Source of the DNA: Candidatus Cloacimonas sp.
GTDB lineage: Bacteria; Cloacimonadota; Cloacimonadia; Cloacimonadales; Cloacimonadaceae
Assembly (NCBI GenBank): GCA_023227825.1
Contig: JALOCJ010000007.1
Coordinates: forward strand, 10,804-74,803
Length of the DNA stretch: 64,000 nucleotides
Direction: 5' to 3'
Position 1 is the first letter of the stretch. Every line of letters begins with the position of its first letter. Shown here one piece after another: positions 50,693 through 60,806 of the stretch. The notes below the pieces were generated by a model. That model was not told where the DNA came from. It worked only from the letters and a program-made list of their open reading frames with translations, and made no database searches. The position numbers and the translations under genes were made by a program.

Positions 50693-52099
50693 ATGAAAAA
50701 GACAAAACAAGAAAAACTTACCTACGAACGCAGAAATTTCTGGAAAGAAGCCAATCCCGAAGAACAAAAGAAGGCAATGGCTTATGCAATACCCTATATT
50801 GAATTTCTGAATAAAGCTAAAACGGAACGCGAGACAATTTCCTATACCCTGGACATATTAAAGAATAATAAGTTTACGCCTTATGGTAAAAAAGGCAGCC
50901 GTAAGGTCTATAGTGTTTTTCACAATAAAACAATGGCAATGGCGGTAATTGGAACTGAACCAATTTCCAGGGGATTTAATATGATAGCTGCTCATATTGA
51001 TTCTCCCAGGGTTGACCTTAAACAGAATCCTCTATATGAAGATAGCAATAGTGCTTTAAGCTGTATGCGGACTCACTATTATGGCGGAATTAAAAAATAT
51101 CAGTGGGTTTCTACTCCTCTGGCTTTACATGGAGTTATTATTAAAAATGACGGCTCGGTTTTGCACATCTCAATTGGCGAAAAAGATGATGAACCGGTAT
51201 TTGTAATTCCCGACCTTTTACCTCATTTGGCAGGTAAGGAACAATATACCAAGAATTTAGCTGACGCAATAGAAGCCGGTAAAATGAATCTTGTTTTTTC
51301 AGGTATGCAGGAACCGGGTAATGATAAAAAAGAAGCAATCAAGGAATATGCATTAAAACGGTTGAATGAAAAATACGGTATTTCCGAAGCTGATTTTCAA
51401 AGTGCGGAATTGCAATTAGTTCCAGCTTTTAAAGCGCGTCATTCAGGTTTTGATAATTCCCTGGTAATTGGTTATGGACAGGATGATCGTATTTGTGCCT
51501 ATAATGCTTTGATGGCTTTAACAGATAATCTTTCCCAGAAGCCGAAACGCACAATGGTGGTCTATTTTTCCGATAAGGAAGAAGTTGGCAGTCAGGGAAA
51601 TACGGGTGCTCAAAGCATTTTTATTCAGGATTTTATTTCCGATTTACTGGCTCACAACAATGAAGACAACAGCAGTGTAAACTTGCGTAAGACATTTATA
51701 AACAGTCAGATATTAAGCGCTGATGTATCTGCTGCTATTGATCCCAATTATCCTAATGTGCATGAAAAACAGAATGCCGTTATTTTCAATTATGGTATCG
51801 GCATATCCAAATTTACGGGAAGAGGAGGAAAATATAGTTGCAATGATGCTAATGCCGAATTTGTAGCCAAAGTTATCCGCATTTTCAATCAGGAAAAAGT
51901 TTTCTGGCAATCAGGAGAACTGGGAAAAGTAGATGAAGGTGGCGGTGGAACTATTGCTTACTTTCTTTCCAATTTGGGAGCTGAAGTTTTAGATTGCGGA
52001 GTGGGCTTAATGGGAATGCATTCGCTTTATGAATTGTGTTCCAAGGCAGATTTATATTCCACCTATCTTGGTTACAAGGCATTTTTACAAGCTGATTAA
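50693..52099 (+). CDS. apeA: M18-family aminopeptidase
   Basis: AHIDSPR, THYYGGIKKYQW, GQDDRIC, DKEEVGS, ADVSAA, GGGGTIA, MHS. Confidence 0.88.
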   Translation: MKKTKQEKLTYERRNFWKEANPEEQKKAMAYAIPYIEFLNKAKTERETISYTLDILKNNKFTPYGKKGSRKVYSVFHNKTMAMAVIGTEPISRGFNMIAAHIDSPRVDLKQNPLYEDSNSALSCMRTHYYGGIKKYQWVSTPLALHGVIIKNDGSVLHISIGEKDDEPVFVIPDLLPHLAGKEQYTKNLADAIEAGKMNLVFSGMQEPGNDKKEAIKEYALKRLNEKYGISEADFQSAELQLVPAFKARHSGFDNSLVIGYGQDDRICAYNALMALTDNLSQKPKRTMVVYFSDKEEVGSQGNTGAQSIFIQDFISDLLAHNNEDNSSVNLRKTFINSQILSADVSAAIDPNYPNVHEKQNAVIFNYGIGISKFTGRGGKYSCNDANAEFVAKVIRIFNQEKVFWQSGELGKVDEGGGGTIAYFLSNLGAEVLDCGVGLMGMHSLYELCSKADLYSTYLGYKAFLQAD

Positions 52100-52102
52100 A
52101 TA

Positions 52103-52678
52103 ATGAATAAATATTGGCTGCTCGTCTGTTTTCTTTTGCTCATATCCGAACTCCTTTCATTCCAAGATCCTATCACCCTTGGACAAATCATATCGGAAAT
52201 AGCAACGGAGATTCAGATCGGGCAGCCCATTTTTTTAGATATAAATTGCGGAGAATGGAATCCTGTTTTAACCCAAAAATTAAGTGCCGAGCTTTTAGAA
52301 AAAGGTGCTGATTTGCGTTACAACTTATCAGATACCAAAATTGCTCAGGCATATCCTGAAGATGAAAAAGTCCCCGATTTTTCCATCCCCGGATTGGAAA
52401 AAGCTTTGCTGGTTCAAATAAATCTTAATATTGTGTGGCAGGAAACCGTAAAGAGCAGTTTCTTCTCCTACCGCACTGAACGGTATCCTGTCCACATTTT
52501 TGAAATTAGGCAGATTCAACTTCCTGCTCAACAAATCCTTAAAATTTCCACCTACAGTTTACCGCGTCCCAATCCGGATAGTTCAGGAACGGGTTCTTTA
52601 CATTTTCGTTGGTTTGAGCCCTTAGTTGCCGGTGCAGCTATTGGTTCTCTTATTTTTCTCCTCTGGAATTTTGATTAA
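52103..52678 (+). CDS. Hypothetical exported/membrane protein
   Basis: N-terminal hydrophobic signal, C-terminal TM; tight operon spacing. Confidence 0.6.
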   Translation: MNKYWLLVCFLLLISELLSFQDPITLGQIISEIATEIQIGQPIFLDINCGEWNPVLTQKLSAELLEKGADLRYNLSDTKIAQAYPEDEKVPDFSIPGLEKALLVQINLNIVWQETVKSSFFSYRTERYPVHIFEIRQIQLPAQQILKISTYSLPRPNPDSSGTGSLHFRWFEPLVAGAAIGSLIFLLWNFD

Positions 52679-52693
52679 AAAAAGGAACTTATT

Positions 52694-53428
52694 GTGCGTA
52701 ACCACATCTTTCTTTTGCTGATTGCCGTTTTTTGCCTTGTTTCCTGCAGCCCTAATAAAACGCAACTTTCCACTGAAGCAAAGTTGAAAAATGCCGATGA
52801 GCTTTTTGCCAAAAAAAAATATTCCCGTGCTGCAGTTATCTATGAAGAGATTTCTTTTGAACGCAAATCAGCTGCTACTGCTTATGCTACGATGAAAGTT
52901 GCAGATTGCTATTTTAATATGAACAAGTTTAGCGAGGCGCTTGCCAGATATGAACAGTTTATCAATTCCTTTCCGGATCACGAAAATGTTGCAAATGCCT
53001 ATTTTCAGGTAGGAGTATGTTTATTTGAAGAATCCCTGCCTCCACAGTATGATCAAACCGAGACCATAAAATGTATTGAAGCATTCCAGACCTTTATAGA
53101 TCGCTATCCTAATGATCCAAGGTATGAAAAAGCAGTGGAATATATTCATAAATGCCAGTATAAACTTTTGGAAAAGCAATACTTAAACGGTTATATCTAC
53201 TATAAAATGAAGGACTACAGCAGCGCTTTGATGTATTTTGACGAAATTGTTTCTTTAGGAAATATAGATGAATTAGACCGCAAGTCACTATATTATTCTG
53301 CAAAACTGCATCTATACCAAAAGAACTACGACAAAGCCAAAGCCAGCTATGAACGCCTGAAAAATCGCTATCCCGATTCCAAAGAGGCAAAGAGTTTAGC
53401 CAAGAAATTCACCAAGCTGGAAAAGTAA
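52694..53428 (+). CDS. bamD: Outer membrane protein assembly factor BamD (TPR lipoprotein)
   Basis: Lipobox LVSC, TPR repeats, YDQTETIKCIEAFQTFIDRYPN. Confidence 0.85.
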   Translation: MRNHIFLLLIAVFCLVSCSPNKTQLSTEAKLKNADELFAKKKYSRAAVIYEEISFERKSAATAYATMKVADCYFNMNKFSEALARYEQFINSFPDHENVANAYFQVGVCLFEESLPPQYDQTETIKCIEAFQTFIDRYPNDPRYEKAVEYIHKCQYKLLEKQYLNGYIYYKMKDYSSALMYFDEIVSLGNIDELDRKSLYYSAKLHLYQKNYDKAKASYERLKNRYPDSKEAKSLAKKFTKLEK

Positions 53429-53429
53429 A

Positions 53430-54008
53430 GTGCAGGGTAAAGTTGCAGTTTTGGGAGGTAGTTTTGATCCTGTCCATTCAGGCCATCTGCATATTGCCAA
53501 TCAAATCCTGCAACAAAAAGTAGCAGATGCTGTTCTTTTTGTTCCAAGCGGAAATCACCATTTTAAGAAGACAACGATTGTTCTCCCTTTTGAAAAGCGC
53601 TATGCTTTAGTCCAAAAAGCAATTCAAAACAATCCTTGTTTTGCCATTTCCGATACTGATAAAGAAGGCAGCGGCTATACAGCTCATTTAATGCAAAAGC
53701 TTTTTAAACTGTATCCGAATGTAGATTTCAGTTTTATTATCGGATCGGATAATCTGGAACAGCTGCATCTGTGGTATGATTATCCTTATTTGGCTAAAGA
53801 ATTGCATTTTATAATTATCCCCCGTCCTGGCTATCCCCTTCTACCGGAAGTTATTAATCAACTGAAAGCAACTGTATTAAATATTGAACTTTGCTCTGTT
53901 TCCGCTACTGAAATCAGACAACGCATAAAAAACGGTGAAAGCATAAAAGGTATGGTTCCGGAAGAACTGGAACAGGAAATAATCAGGTTCTACCAAGAAA
54001 AAACATAG
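53430..54008 (+). CDS. nadD: Nicotinate-nucleotide adenylyltransferase
   Basis: GGSFDPVHSGH, IIGSDN, VSATEIR. Confidence 0.92.
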   Translation: MQGKVAVLGGSFDPVHSGHLHIANQILQQKVADAVLFVPSGNHHFKKTTIVLPFEKRYALVQKAIQNNPCFAISDTDKEGSGYTAHLMQKLFKLYPNVDFSFIIGSDNLEQLHLWYDYPYLAKELHFIIIPRPGYPLLPEVINQLKATVLNIELCSVSATEIRQRIKNGESIKGMVPEELEQEIIRFYQEKT

Positions 54009-54273
54009 TTTTTCAGGGGAAAATACATTTATTTATGGGTATTATCCGTATCTCAGTTTTACAGAAGAAGGAAAACGGGATTTTCATTTTAGCAAATATA
54101 TTATTTCAACCCAGACCTTCACTATCCACGCGAGCTTTTATCAGAGCAAGATATACTTTCCACAAATCATAGGAAAAATAATCCGCATATTTTTCCAATA
54201 CAATTTTATCAACAGCTAAAATGCGATTTTTCCGTTCCGGAGATACGGAACCCCATTCCTTGGTTTTTTTTAC

Positions 54274-54301
54274 TTGACAACTGGATAATAGCTTATATAA
54301 A
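54274..54301 (+). promoter_or_regulatory. Sigma70-type promoter for the methyltransferase
   Basis: TTGACA (54274-54279), 16-bp spacer, TATAAA (54296-54301). Confidence 0.55.
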
Positions 54302-54369
54302 GAATTATAGATGGTTATAAATGTAAAAAAGAAGAATATAAATTTCAGAAAAGGAAATTAGAAGAATAA

Positions 54370-55512
54370 ATGATTAATTATAAGGAAATCAAGGTTGAAT
54401 TTGATTACCCGATAAGTAATTGGACTAGGGGCATCTTAAATTCTTTAGAAAAGAAATATGGTGAGAGTAGTATCCATTTTGATTACTGTAATAACCAAAT
54501 TTTGGTTTATATTAATAATCTTGATTTTGAAATGTTCAAATCAGATATAGAAAAATTATCCATTAATAATAACATCAGCGACTTAAAAAAAATATCAAAC
54601 GAGATAAGCAACATCAAGAGTTATGGAATAAAAGGGAAAAAACTTCTTTATGTAGGATATGGAAACGAAAGGAAAACAGTTAATAGAAAAGAAAAGGAAA
54701 AAAAACGAGAAATCTTCTATTATACTCGGGGGAACGACTTTTCAGAGATAAATAACTTATTGCCTGATAAATATCTGGATCAGATTATAAGGGGCGATAG
54801 CAAGATAGTTCTTTCTCAATTACCCGATAATTGTATTGATTTAATTTTTACTTCTCCACCCTATAATTTTGGTTTAAATTATGAAGAAAATGAGGATGAT
54901 CAGCATTGGGAAAAATATTTTGCAATGCTTTTTGCTATTTTTGATGAGTGTATAAGAGTTCTTAAGTATGGTGGAAGATTCATTATAAATGTTCAACCCT
55001 TATTTTCCGATTATATTCCTACTCATCATATAATAAGCAACTATTTAATGCAAAAAAAGCTAATCTGGAAAGGAGAAATATTATGGGAGAAAAATAATTA
55101 TAATTGTAAATATACAGCTTGGGGATCCTGGAAAAGCCCAAGTAATCCCTATCTGAAATATACTTGGGAATTTATAGAAATATTTTGTAAAGGCACTCTT
55201 AAAAAAATTGGGGATAATAATAAGATTGATATTAATGGAGATGAGTTTAAAAAATGGGTCTATGCAAAATGGTCTATCGCTCCTGAGAAAAGAATGAAAG
55301 AATTTAATCATCCTGCTATGTTTCCCGAAGAGCTGGCAACCAAAGTTATAAAACTCTTTAGCTATCAAGAAGATATTGTGTTGGATCCGTTTAATGGAGT
55401 AGGAACTACAACCTTAGTGGCAAAATTGAATAAAAGACATTATTTGGGAATTGATATTTCCAGCGAATATTGTTCTAAAGCTAAAGAAAGATTGTCCTCT
55501 TATTTATTTTAA
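54370..55512 (+). CDS. Site-specific N4/N6 DNA methyltransferase, beta class, with an N-terminal extension
   Basis: FTSPPY (motif IV) precedes HPAMFP and VLDPFNGVGTT (motif I). Very AT-rich: line 54481 has 12/60 G+C. Confidence 0.9.
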   Translation: MINYKEIKVEFDYPISNWTRGILNSLEKKYGESSIHFDYCNNQILVYINNLDFEMFKSDIEKLSINNNISDLKKISNEISNIKSYGIKGKKLLYVGYGNERKTVNRKEKEKKREIFYYTRGNDFSEINNLLPDKYLDQIIRGDSKIVLSQLPDNCIDLIFTSPPYNFGLNYEENEDDQHWEKYFAMLFAIFDECIRVLKYGGRFIINVQPLFSDYIPTHHIISNYLMQKKLIWKGEILWEKNNYNCKYTAWGSWKSPSNPYLKYTWEFIEIFCKGTLKKIGDNNKIDINGDEFKKWVYAKWSIAPEKRMKEFNHPAMFPEELATKVIKLFSYQEDIVLDPFNGVGTTTLVAKLNKRHYLGIDISSEYCSKAKERLSSYLF

Positions 55513-55682
55513 TGATTAGCAGAATGTTTTTGTAGGAAACCAGTATCCAACAGAATAAGCAATGGAGATAAAATAGTTGCTCTATCCCGATTCCTCAGGA
55601 AGGACAAAAGAATTTTTATTTAATAGAAAGATGTATGAAACAAGATAGTGTTCAAGGTATTTTTTGGTAATATAACCCCTTA

Positions 55683-55776
55683 TAATTAAGTAACAATTCC
55701 GTAACAACCCCGTAACGAAATTAAGGAAGTGTTACGGAAGTGTTACGGAAGTGTTACGGGGTCGTCTAATAATTAA
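55683..55776. repeat. Imperfect palindrome with 11-bp periodicity, copy 6
   Basis: gtaac at 55690, 55701, 55712; ggaagtgttac exact x3 at 55725-55757; TAATTAA at both ends. Confidence 0.8.
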
Positions 55777-55961
55777 CTATGTAATAAACAATTATAGAAT
55801 TAAGGGCGAAGCAGACAAAATATGGGGTTAACATATTCAATTTTGCGTTAGTTACATCAAAACTGGTAGGGATTGTTTTCTGGTTTTTTAGACGCGGGTT
55901 AGAAATAATAATAATATTGCTATAATTGCATTATCAATATAACAGTTATCTGATAAACAGG

Positions 55962-56858
55962 TTACGGTTTTTTCCCTACGCTGGCTATATAGATTACAAA
56001 TTCCTCAATACCGTCCAAACCGATAGCATCATTCATAGCTTCATCCAAAAAAGCCCCAATCATACAGGCACCGGCATCAATGGCTTCTGCAGCAAGATGA
56101 ATATTTTGTCCGATATGTCCTGCATCCAGATAAAGATAACGATATCCGCGTTGTCCATATCTCCAGACGGTTCTATAGGGAACAGCGGTTAAAATAAAGT
56201 TTACTGCAGCTGTGGGAATCATTTCCTGAAACATACATCCCTCATAGATTTTAGTGGCAATTTCAGGGGAATCATCGTATAGAATCAGGCAATGTTTGAC
56301 GGGATGATAATAATATAAGCTGGGTTTAATACCTTCCACTCTGCGGATGTCTAAAAAGGTCTCCAAAGGATGTCTTGAACCGGCAGAAGGAACATTGCGA
56401 AAAGTGATTTCCATTTGTTCTGTAGAACGAAAATCTCTTGCCCAGGAAGAAGCCCAAAGCAAAAAAGAGAGTTCTTCCTGTTTCAAGGGAACAGCGCTAT
56501 ATTTACGCACACTTCTACGCTGTTCAATAGCTTTGGCTAACGGCATTTCGGGCATTTTTAAGGTTCCTATTGCCGGCAAAGAGATAATTTCTCCGCTGCG
56601 AACTTTTATAGCATCTGGACGAGGAACTCCTAATGTCTGGTCACTTTCGCGTTCATAAATGTAACGAGTCAGGCGGACAAAATCCTGTCCTATATTTTCA
56701 GCAAACGGTCTTAAATTTTCAATTTCTTTGAGGATATCCTGCAGATTATGCTCAAAAAATTCAAAGTCCTCTGCGTTGATTTCTGCTTGCCTGATAATAT
56801 CTTCCCGGGAATAGCCACGGGTTTTGTAATACAAATAGCCAAAGGTTTTCATATCCAT
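55962..56858 (-). CDS. SagB/ThcOx-family FMN-dependent dehydrogenase (nitroreductase fold)
   Basis: RRSVRKY, RNVPSAGSRHPLE, YGQRGYRYLYLDAGHIGQN. Confidence 0.88.
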   Translation of the reverse strand: MDMKTFGYLYYKTRGYSREDIIRQAEINAEDFEFFEHNLQDILKEIENLRPFAENIGQDFVRLTRYIYERESDQTLGVPRPDAIKVRSGEIISLPAIGTLKMPEMPLAKAIEQRRSVRKYSAVPLKQEELSFLLWASSWARDFRSTEQMEITFRNVPSAGSRHPLETFLDIRRVEGIKPSLYYYHPVKHCLILYDDSPEIATKIYEGCMFQEMIPTAAVNFILTAVPYRTVWRYGQRGYRYLYLDAGHIGQNIHLAAEAIDAGACMIGAFLDEAMNDAIGLDGIEEFVIYIASVGKKP

Positions 56859-56876
56859 TTTTTATTTCTCCTTTCC

Positions 56877-57932
56877 TTACAGCAGGTCTTGGCGATTTTG
56901 TTGTTCCAGGTATTCCACAATTTTCTTCACTTCTTCCGCCAGATCTTTGTTACAAAGCAAAATAGCATCTTCGGTTTCAATCAAACAAAGGTTATTTACT
57001 CCGATTAAAGCAGTAAATTTATCGGTAACAACATAGTTATTTTGAGCAGAAATTGCTTTTCCTGATGTAGAGAAATAGTTATTATCAGCGTCACCTGTTG
57101 TTAAATCGGCAAGTGATTTCCAGCTTCCGACATCGCTCCAATGGTAAGAAACAGGTATAACTCCTCTAAAATCTGCCCTTTCCATTATACCAATATCAAT
57201 AGGAATACGGGGCATTTTAGCATAAATTGAGGCAATATCTTTATTCAAACCTTCGCTTTGCCAAACCTTACTAATTTCCTTTGTTAGGCTATAAACATCG
57301 GGCAACAGAGTTTCAAATGCTGTAGAAATACTTTCCAGAGACCAGCAAAACATACCGCTGTTCCAAAAATAAGTTCCTTTTTCCAAAAATTGTTCTGCGG
57401 TCTGTTTATCGGGCTTTTCTTTAAAATGAAGAACTTTCCTTACCCCCGGTGCAATTTCTTCTCCGGCTTCAATATAGCCATATCCCGTGGCAGGATAAAT
57501 CGGAACGATGCCAAAAGTAATGAGATACCCTTTTTCTGCTTCTCTTTCTGCAGGATTTAATGCTGCCAAAAACTTATCCTGCTCCCGAATAATATGGTCT
57601 GCAGGCAAAACGAGCATTGTTTCTTTATGCCTGTAAATGTTTTTAAGATATTCCACACTAAGCGCTATGCAAGGTGCAGTGTTCATTCCAAAGGGTTCAA
57701 TTATGATATTTTGCCAGGGAAGCTGCGGGAGCTGTTGTTTAATTAACTCTACCTGACTACTTGCAGTTACAATATAAATGTCGGACAGAGAAAAACGCGG
57801 TAAAAGGCGCTCAACCGTCATTTGTAAAAGGGAACGGTCACCAAAAACGCGTAAGAACTGTTTCGGAAAATTTTTTCTGCTGAGGGGCCAAAAACGCGTT
57901 CCCACGCCTCCTGCCATAATAAGAGCAATCAT
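56877..57932 (-). CDS. manC: Mannose-1-phosphate guanylyltransferase
   Basis: IMAGGVGTRFWPLSR..PKQFL, NTAPCI, PADH, FKEKP, WNSGMF, WSDVGSW. Confidence 0.92.
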   Translation of the reverse strand: MIALIMAGGVGTRFWPLSRKNFPKQFLRVFGDRSLLQMTVERLLPRFSLSDIYIVTASSQVELIKQQLPQLPWQNIIIEPFGMNTAPCIALSVEYLKNIYRHKETMLVLPADHIIREQDKFLAALNPAEREAEKGYLITFGIVPIYPATGYGYIEAGEEIAPGVRKVLHFKEKPDKQTAEQFLEKGTYFWNSGMFCWSLESISTAFETLLPDVYSLTKEISKVWQSEGLNKDIASIYAKMPRIPIDIGIMERADFRGVIPVSYHWSDVGSWKSLADLTTGDADNNYFSTSGKAISAQNNYVVTDKFTALIGVNNLCLIETEDAILLCNKDLAEEVKKIVEYLEQQNRQDLL

Positions 57933-58549
57933 TGTTCAACCACCTGCACATCTTTTGGATAGGTATATTGCCAAACGGAGGCAGGAATTTTGGCATTGGT
58001 TTTAATGTTGGAAAAATTATAAGTAACTTTATCGTTATTACGATTAGTCCAGGTTAAAGATTGCACTATTCCGCTTTCCGAATTTACTCTGGCACTGAGA
58101 GATACAATAACCGGGTCGTCAAAGGGTTTTAAGAAAACATTAACCTGATTTCCTTTTCCCGGCTGAATGTTGACGGTGGACTTTTTCCAATACAGTTGCA
58201 AAATTTCCACGGGGTTCATTTTGCCGAATTCAGGACGCATTTTGCTGCGGAATACGGTTTTGCTTTGAGAATCATAAAGTTCAACGATTCCGCCTGAAAC
58301 AATCAGCCGTTGAAAATAGGGTTTATTATAGCGAATAACCATTCTTCCTTTGGTAAAATAAATATTTCCGTTATAGGAGATGCTTTTATCCAGCTGAGCA
58401 AAATAGTTATCCTGTTTTATTACTGCTTGAAAACTGCTTAAACTTCCATAGGTCCCGGCAATTTTTTGATATAATGCTTCACTGCTGATGCTAAAAAGTA
58501 AGTTACAACTTAGCAACAAAATAAGGGTAATTATTTTAGCGGTCTTCAT
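57929..58549 (-). CDS. lolA: Outer-membrane lipoprotein carrier protein (LolA family)
   Basis: Signal peptide, FQAVIKQ, GNIYFTKGRMVIRYNKP; directly downstream of ftsK. Confidence 0.75.
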   Translation of the reverse strand: MKTAKIITLILLLSCNLLFSISSEALYQKIAGTYGSLSSFQAVIKQDNYFAQLDKSISYNGNIYFTKGRMVIRYNKPYFQRLIVSGGIVELYDSQSKTVFRSKMRPEFGKMNPVEILQLYWKKSTVNIQPGKGNQVNVFLKPFDDPVIVSLSARVNSESGIVQSLTWTNRNNDKVTYNFSNIKTNAKIPASVWQYTYPKDVQVVEQ

Positions 58550-60785
58550 CTATAACTCCTATGCGGATTAAGTCCTCACGCGTGGCTAAAACATCGCGGG
58601 ATTTACTGCCCAAATGAGGTCCGATAATTCTGGCTCTTTCTAAAAGGTCAATTAAGCGTCCCGCTCTGGCATAACCAATTTTAAAATGCCGTTGTAACAT
58701 AGAAACAGAAGCAGTTCCCGTGGAAACAACCACCTTTGCCGCTTCAGGAAATAATTCATCGTCATAATCAAAAAAGCCAGGACTTTCATTCTTTTCAAAA
58801 ACAAGCGAAAAATCCTGCTTAGGTCTGGGCTGAGTGGACAAAAAATTACAAACTCTGACAATTTCCGCATCGGAAACAAAAGCGCCATGAATGCGTTCCG
58901 GTAATGCTTTTCCTGGAGGTAAAAACAGCATATCTCCGTTTCCTAAAAGTCGTTCTGCTCCAATCATATCTAAAATAACGCGGGAATCCACTCGGGAAGA
59001 CACCTGAAAAGCAATCCGGGCAGGAAAATTTGCTTTGATGATACCGGTTATAACTTTAATAGACGGTCGCTGCGTTGCTAAAATTAAATGCATTCCTACA
59101 GCTCTTGACATTTGGGCTAGACGCGTAATAGGCATTTCAATATCCTTGCCGCTGGTCATAATTAAATCGGCAAATTCATCTACTATGATAATTATATAAG
59201 GCAGTGGCTCAAGGTCTTCATCTTCTCCGAATTTTTCATTGTAGCCAATAATATCCCGCACTTTGGCTTCCTGCAAAATTTCATAACGCCTTTCCATTTC
59301 ACGCACTGCCCAGATAAAGGTCTCCAAAGCAGTGTCTGCATCAGTTACAACTTGTCCGATTAAATGAGGAAGTTCATTGTAACTTGCAAGTTCAACGCGT
59401 TTAGGATCAATTAAAATAAGGCGTAGGTCATCCGGTTTGGTACGCATAATTAAGCTCATAATAATAGTATTTATACAAACGCTTTTTCCGCTTCCCGTAG
59501 CTCCTGCAATTAAGAGATGAGGCATTTTTGCTAGGTCTGCAACGATTGGCTTTCCGGCAATATCTTTACCTAAGCCGAAAGCTAATTTGGATGTTGTCTG
59601 CCGCATTTGTTCCGAAAGCAGGAGGTCTTTTAAATAAATCATATCTCTTGCCAGATTGGGAATTTCAATACCAATTAACCCTCGTCCCGGAATAGGTGCC
59701 TGAACTCTGATTGATTTTGCTTTAATAGCTAAAGCCAAATCATCTGCCAGAGAAGTAAAACGGCTCACTTTTATGCCTTTAGCGGGTTCCAGTTCATATT
59801 GGGTAATAATAGGACCGATATTTACATTTTTAACTTCTGCTTCAATACCGAATTCTGCCAGTTTGCTCTTTAAAACTTGACTGGTAGTCAGAATCTGGTT
59901 TTCAATTTCTTTGCGTTCGCGTTCGGAAAGTTTAAGCGGGCTTTCTAAAAAGTCATCTATAGAAGGTAGCTGGTATTCCTGCTGCGTTTCTTCTTCTGAT
60001 AGCAGTGGCTTGGGTTTATTCTCTCGGGAGTTTATTCCGGTTTCAGCAAAAAAAGGTTGGGAAACAGGAGCGGGTTGATTGTGATTTTGAATAACGGGAA
60101 TTGTTTCTTCTACAGCTCTTTGACCGGGAATAATATTATTGGCAGTGATCGTAGGTTTGGCAGCATTGATTTTAGTTTCCTTTTTGCGTTGCAGATTTTC
60201 AGAGGCAATTAAAATCCAGCTTTTTAAGCGTTTATATTCAACCAACATAATTGCTGTTAAAATCATAGCTCCAATTAAAATAATCCTGGCTCCGATTCCG
60301 GAAAACACAGCGGACAAAATTCGGTAAACAAATAAAGGAATAATACTGTGAATATACTCTTCCTGCCCCGAAACAATCAATGCCTGAAGGAAAAACATAA
60401 TAATCAATAAAAGATAACCTTTCTGCCTATGTTTTAACGATTCCGGAGTTAAAAAATAATGCAACGCTACAATAGCTGTAATAATGAATCCGATTAAAGA
60501 AAACCAGTAGCCGAAAAGATAAATAAAAATGTAACCGAAAACGATGCCAAAAATGCCAATAGGATTATTAGTTGCAGATTTGCCTTCCTTAAACCAGGAA
60601 AATATGTTACCGCTTGCTTTCAGGGTTTCCAGGTCATCTTTAATGGAAATATAACCCACTGTAAGAGATAAAATAATTAAACAGGACAGCAAACATATAA
60701 TACCGCTAAGAATCCTTTTGGTTAAAGAGCTTCTTTTTTTGTGCGTCTTTTGGTTGTTTACCTTTCTTTTCGGCTTCTTTGCCAC
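58536..60785 (-). CDS. ftsK: DNA translocase FtsK
   Basis: N-terminal TMs; MPHLLIAGATGSGKSV, VDEFADL, LATQRPS; gamma domain SVSMLQRHFKIGYARAGRL. Confidence 0.96.
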   Translation of the reverse strand: MAKKPKRKVNNQKTHKKRSSLTKRILSGIICLLSCLIILSLTVGYISIKDDLETLKASGNIFSWFKEGKSATNNPIGIFGIVFGYIFIYLFGYWFSLIGFIITAIVALHYFLTPESLKHRQKGYLLLIIMFFLQALIVSGQEEYIHSIIPLFVYRILSAVFSGIGARIILIGAMILTAIMLVEYKRLKSWILIASENLQRKKETKINAAKPTITANNIIPGQRAVEETIPVIQNHNQPAPVSQPFFAETGINSRENKPKPLLSEEETQQEYQLPSIDDFLESPLKLSERERKEIENQILTTSQVLKSKLAEFGIEAEVKNVNIGPIITQYELEPAKGIKVSRFTSLADDLALAIKAKSIRVQAPIPGRGLIGIEIPNLARDMIYLKDLLLSEQMRQTTSKLAFGLGKDIAGKPIVADLAKMPHLLIAGATGSGKSVCINTIIMSLIMRTKPDDLRLILIDPKRVELASYNELPHLIGQVVTDADTALETFIWAVREMERRYEILQEAKVRDIIGYNEKFGEDEDLEPLPYIIIIVDEFADLIMTSGKDIEMPITRLAQMSRAVGMHLILATQRPSIKVITGIIKANFPARIAFQVSSRVDSRVILDMIGAERLLGNGDMLFLPPGKALPERIHGAFVSDAEIVRVCNFLSTQPRPKQDFSLVFEKNESPGFFDYDDELFPEAAKVVVSTGTASVSMLQRHFKIGYARAGRLIDLLERARIIGPHLGSKSRDVLATREDLIRIGVIDEDR

Positions 60786-60806
60786 TATATTATACTCCCT
60801 TGTATT

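Noticed and set aside
54106-54261. Protein-like minus-strand frame (KEWGSVSPERKNRILAVDKIVLEKY...) beside the methyltransferase, possibly an endonuclease remnant
   Set aside because: It has no start codon, is only 51 codons long and shows no recognisable nuclease motif. A tBLASTn/BLASTX hit to a restriction enzyme would revive it.
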